NCBI GenBank assembly: GCA_951406725.2
Contig: OX597822.1
Coordinates: forward strand, 14,446,001 to 14,510,000
Direction of reading: 5' to 3'
From: Octopus vulgaris
Taxonomy: Eukaryota
Length of the DNA stretch: 64,000 nt
Positions 63,947-64,000 of the stretch are shown here, one piece after another. Under the pieces are notes generated by a model that was not told where the DNA came from, ran no database searches, and worked only from the letters and a program-made list of their open reading frames with translations. Numbering within the stretch: the stretch's first letter is position 1; each line of letters begins with the position of its first letter. The position numbers and the translations under genes are program-made.

Positions 63947-64000
<54 letters not shown>

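Noticed and set aside
63380-63947. Possible decayed Tc1/mariner relic
   Set aside because: Only faint similarity (REEDKFIVK, TIR-like right end); no matching left end or catalytic motif found.

Overview
AT-rich, microsatellite-saturated animal genomic DNA. The SINE families and repeat content look like octopus/cephalopod, but this is an inference. No host protein-coding gene can be identified with confidence, and almost all short ORFs in the track are translations of simple repeats. The window is mainly a nested collection of transposons: (i) a tandem train of three R4/Dong-clade RLE non-LTR retrotransposons in one (AAT)n tract (3184-11111), a second Dong cluster (24134-25490) and an old fragment (~49300-49790); (ii) a full-length DD34E Tc1 transposon with IR/DR ends and a TA target duplication (12378-13986); (iii) two Penelope-like elements (PLEs) with RT and GIY-YIG domains (30392-32882, 55622-58385); (iv) RTE and CR1 fragments, a hAT MITE, a Helentron-type element, and more than 20 copies or fragments of two tRNA-derived SINE families. 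The most interesting unannotated signal is roughly a dozen hammerhead-ribozyme (HHR) motifs in short non-coding cassettes that sit in (TA)n tracts. They include minimal type I motifs with a palindromic loop 3, long-stem-II type I motifs, and type II-like motifs. Several of these cassettes share the snap-back layout of the Penelope copy at 30392-32882 (inverted 5' arm, then body, then unpaired 3' tail). This suggests a system of non-autonomous ribozyme-bearing elements mobilised by PLEs. Repeat boundaries were read by eye and are approximate unless a TSD or TIR is quoted.
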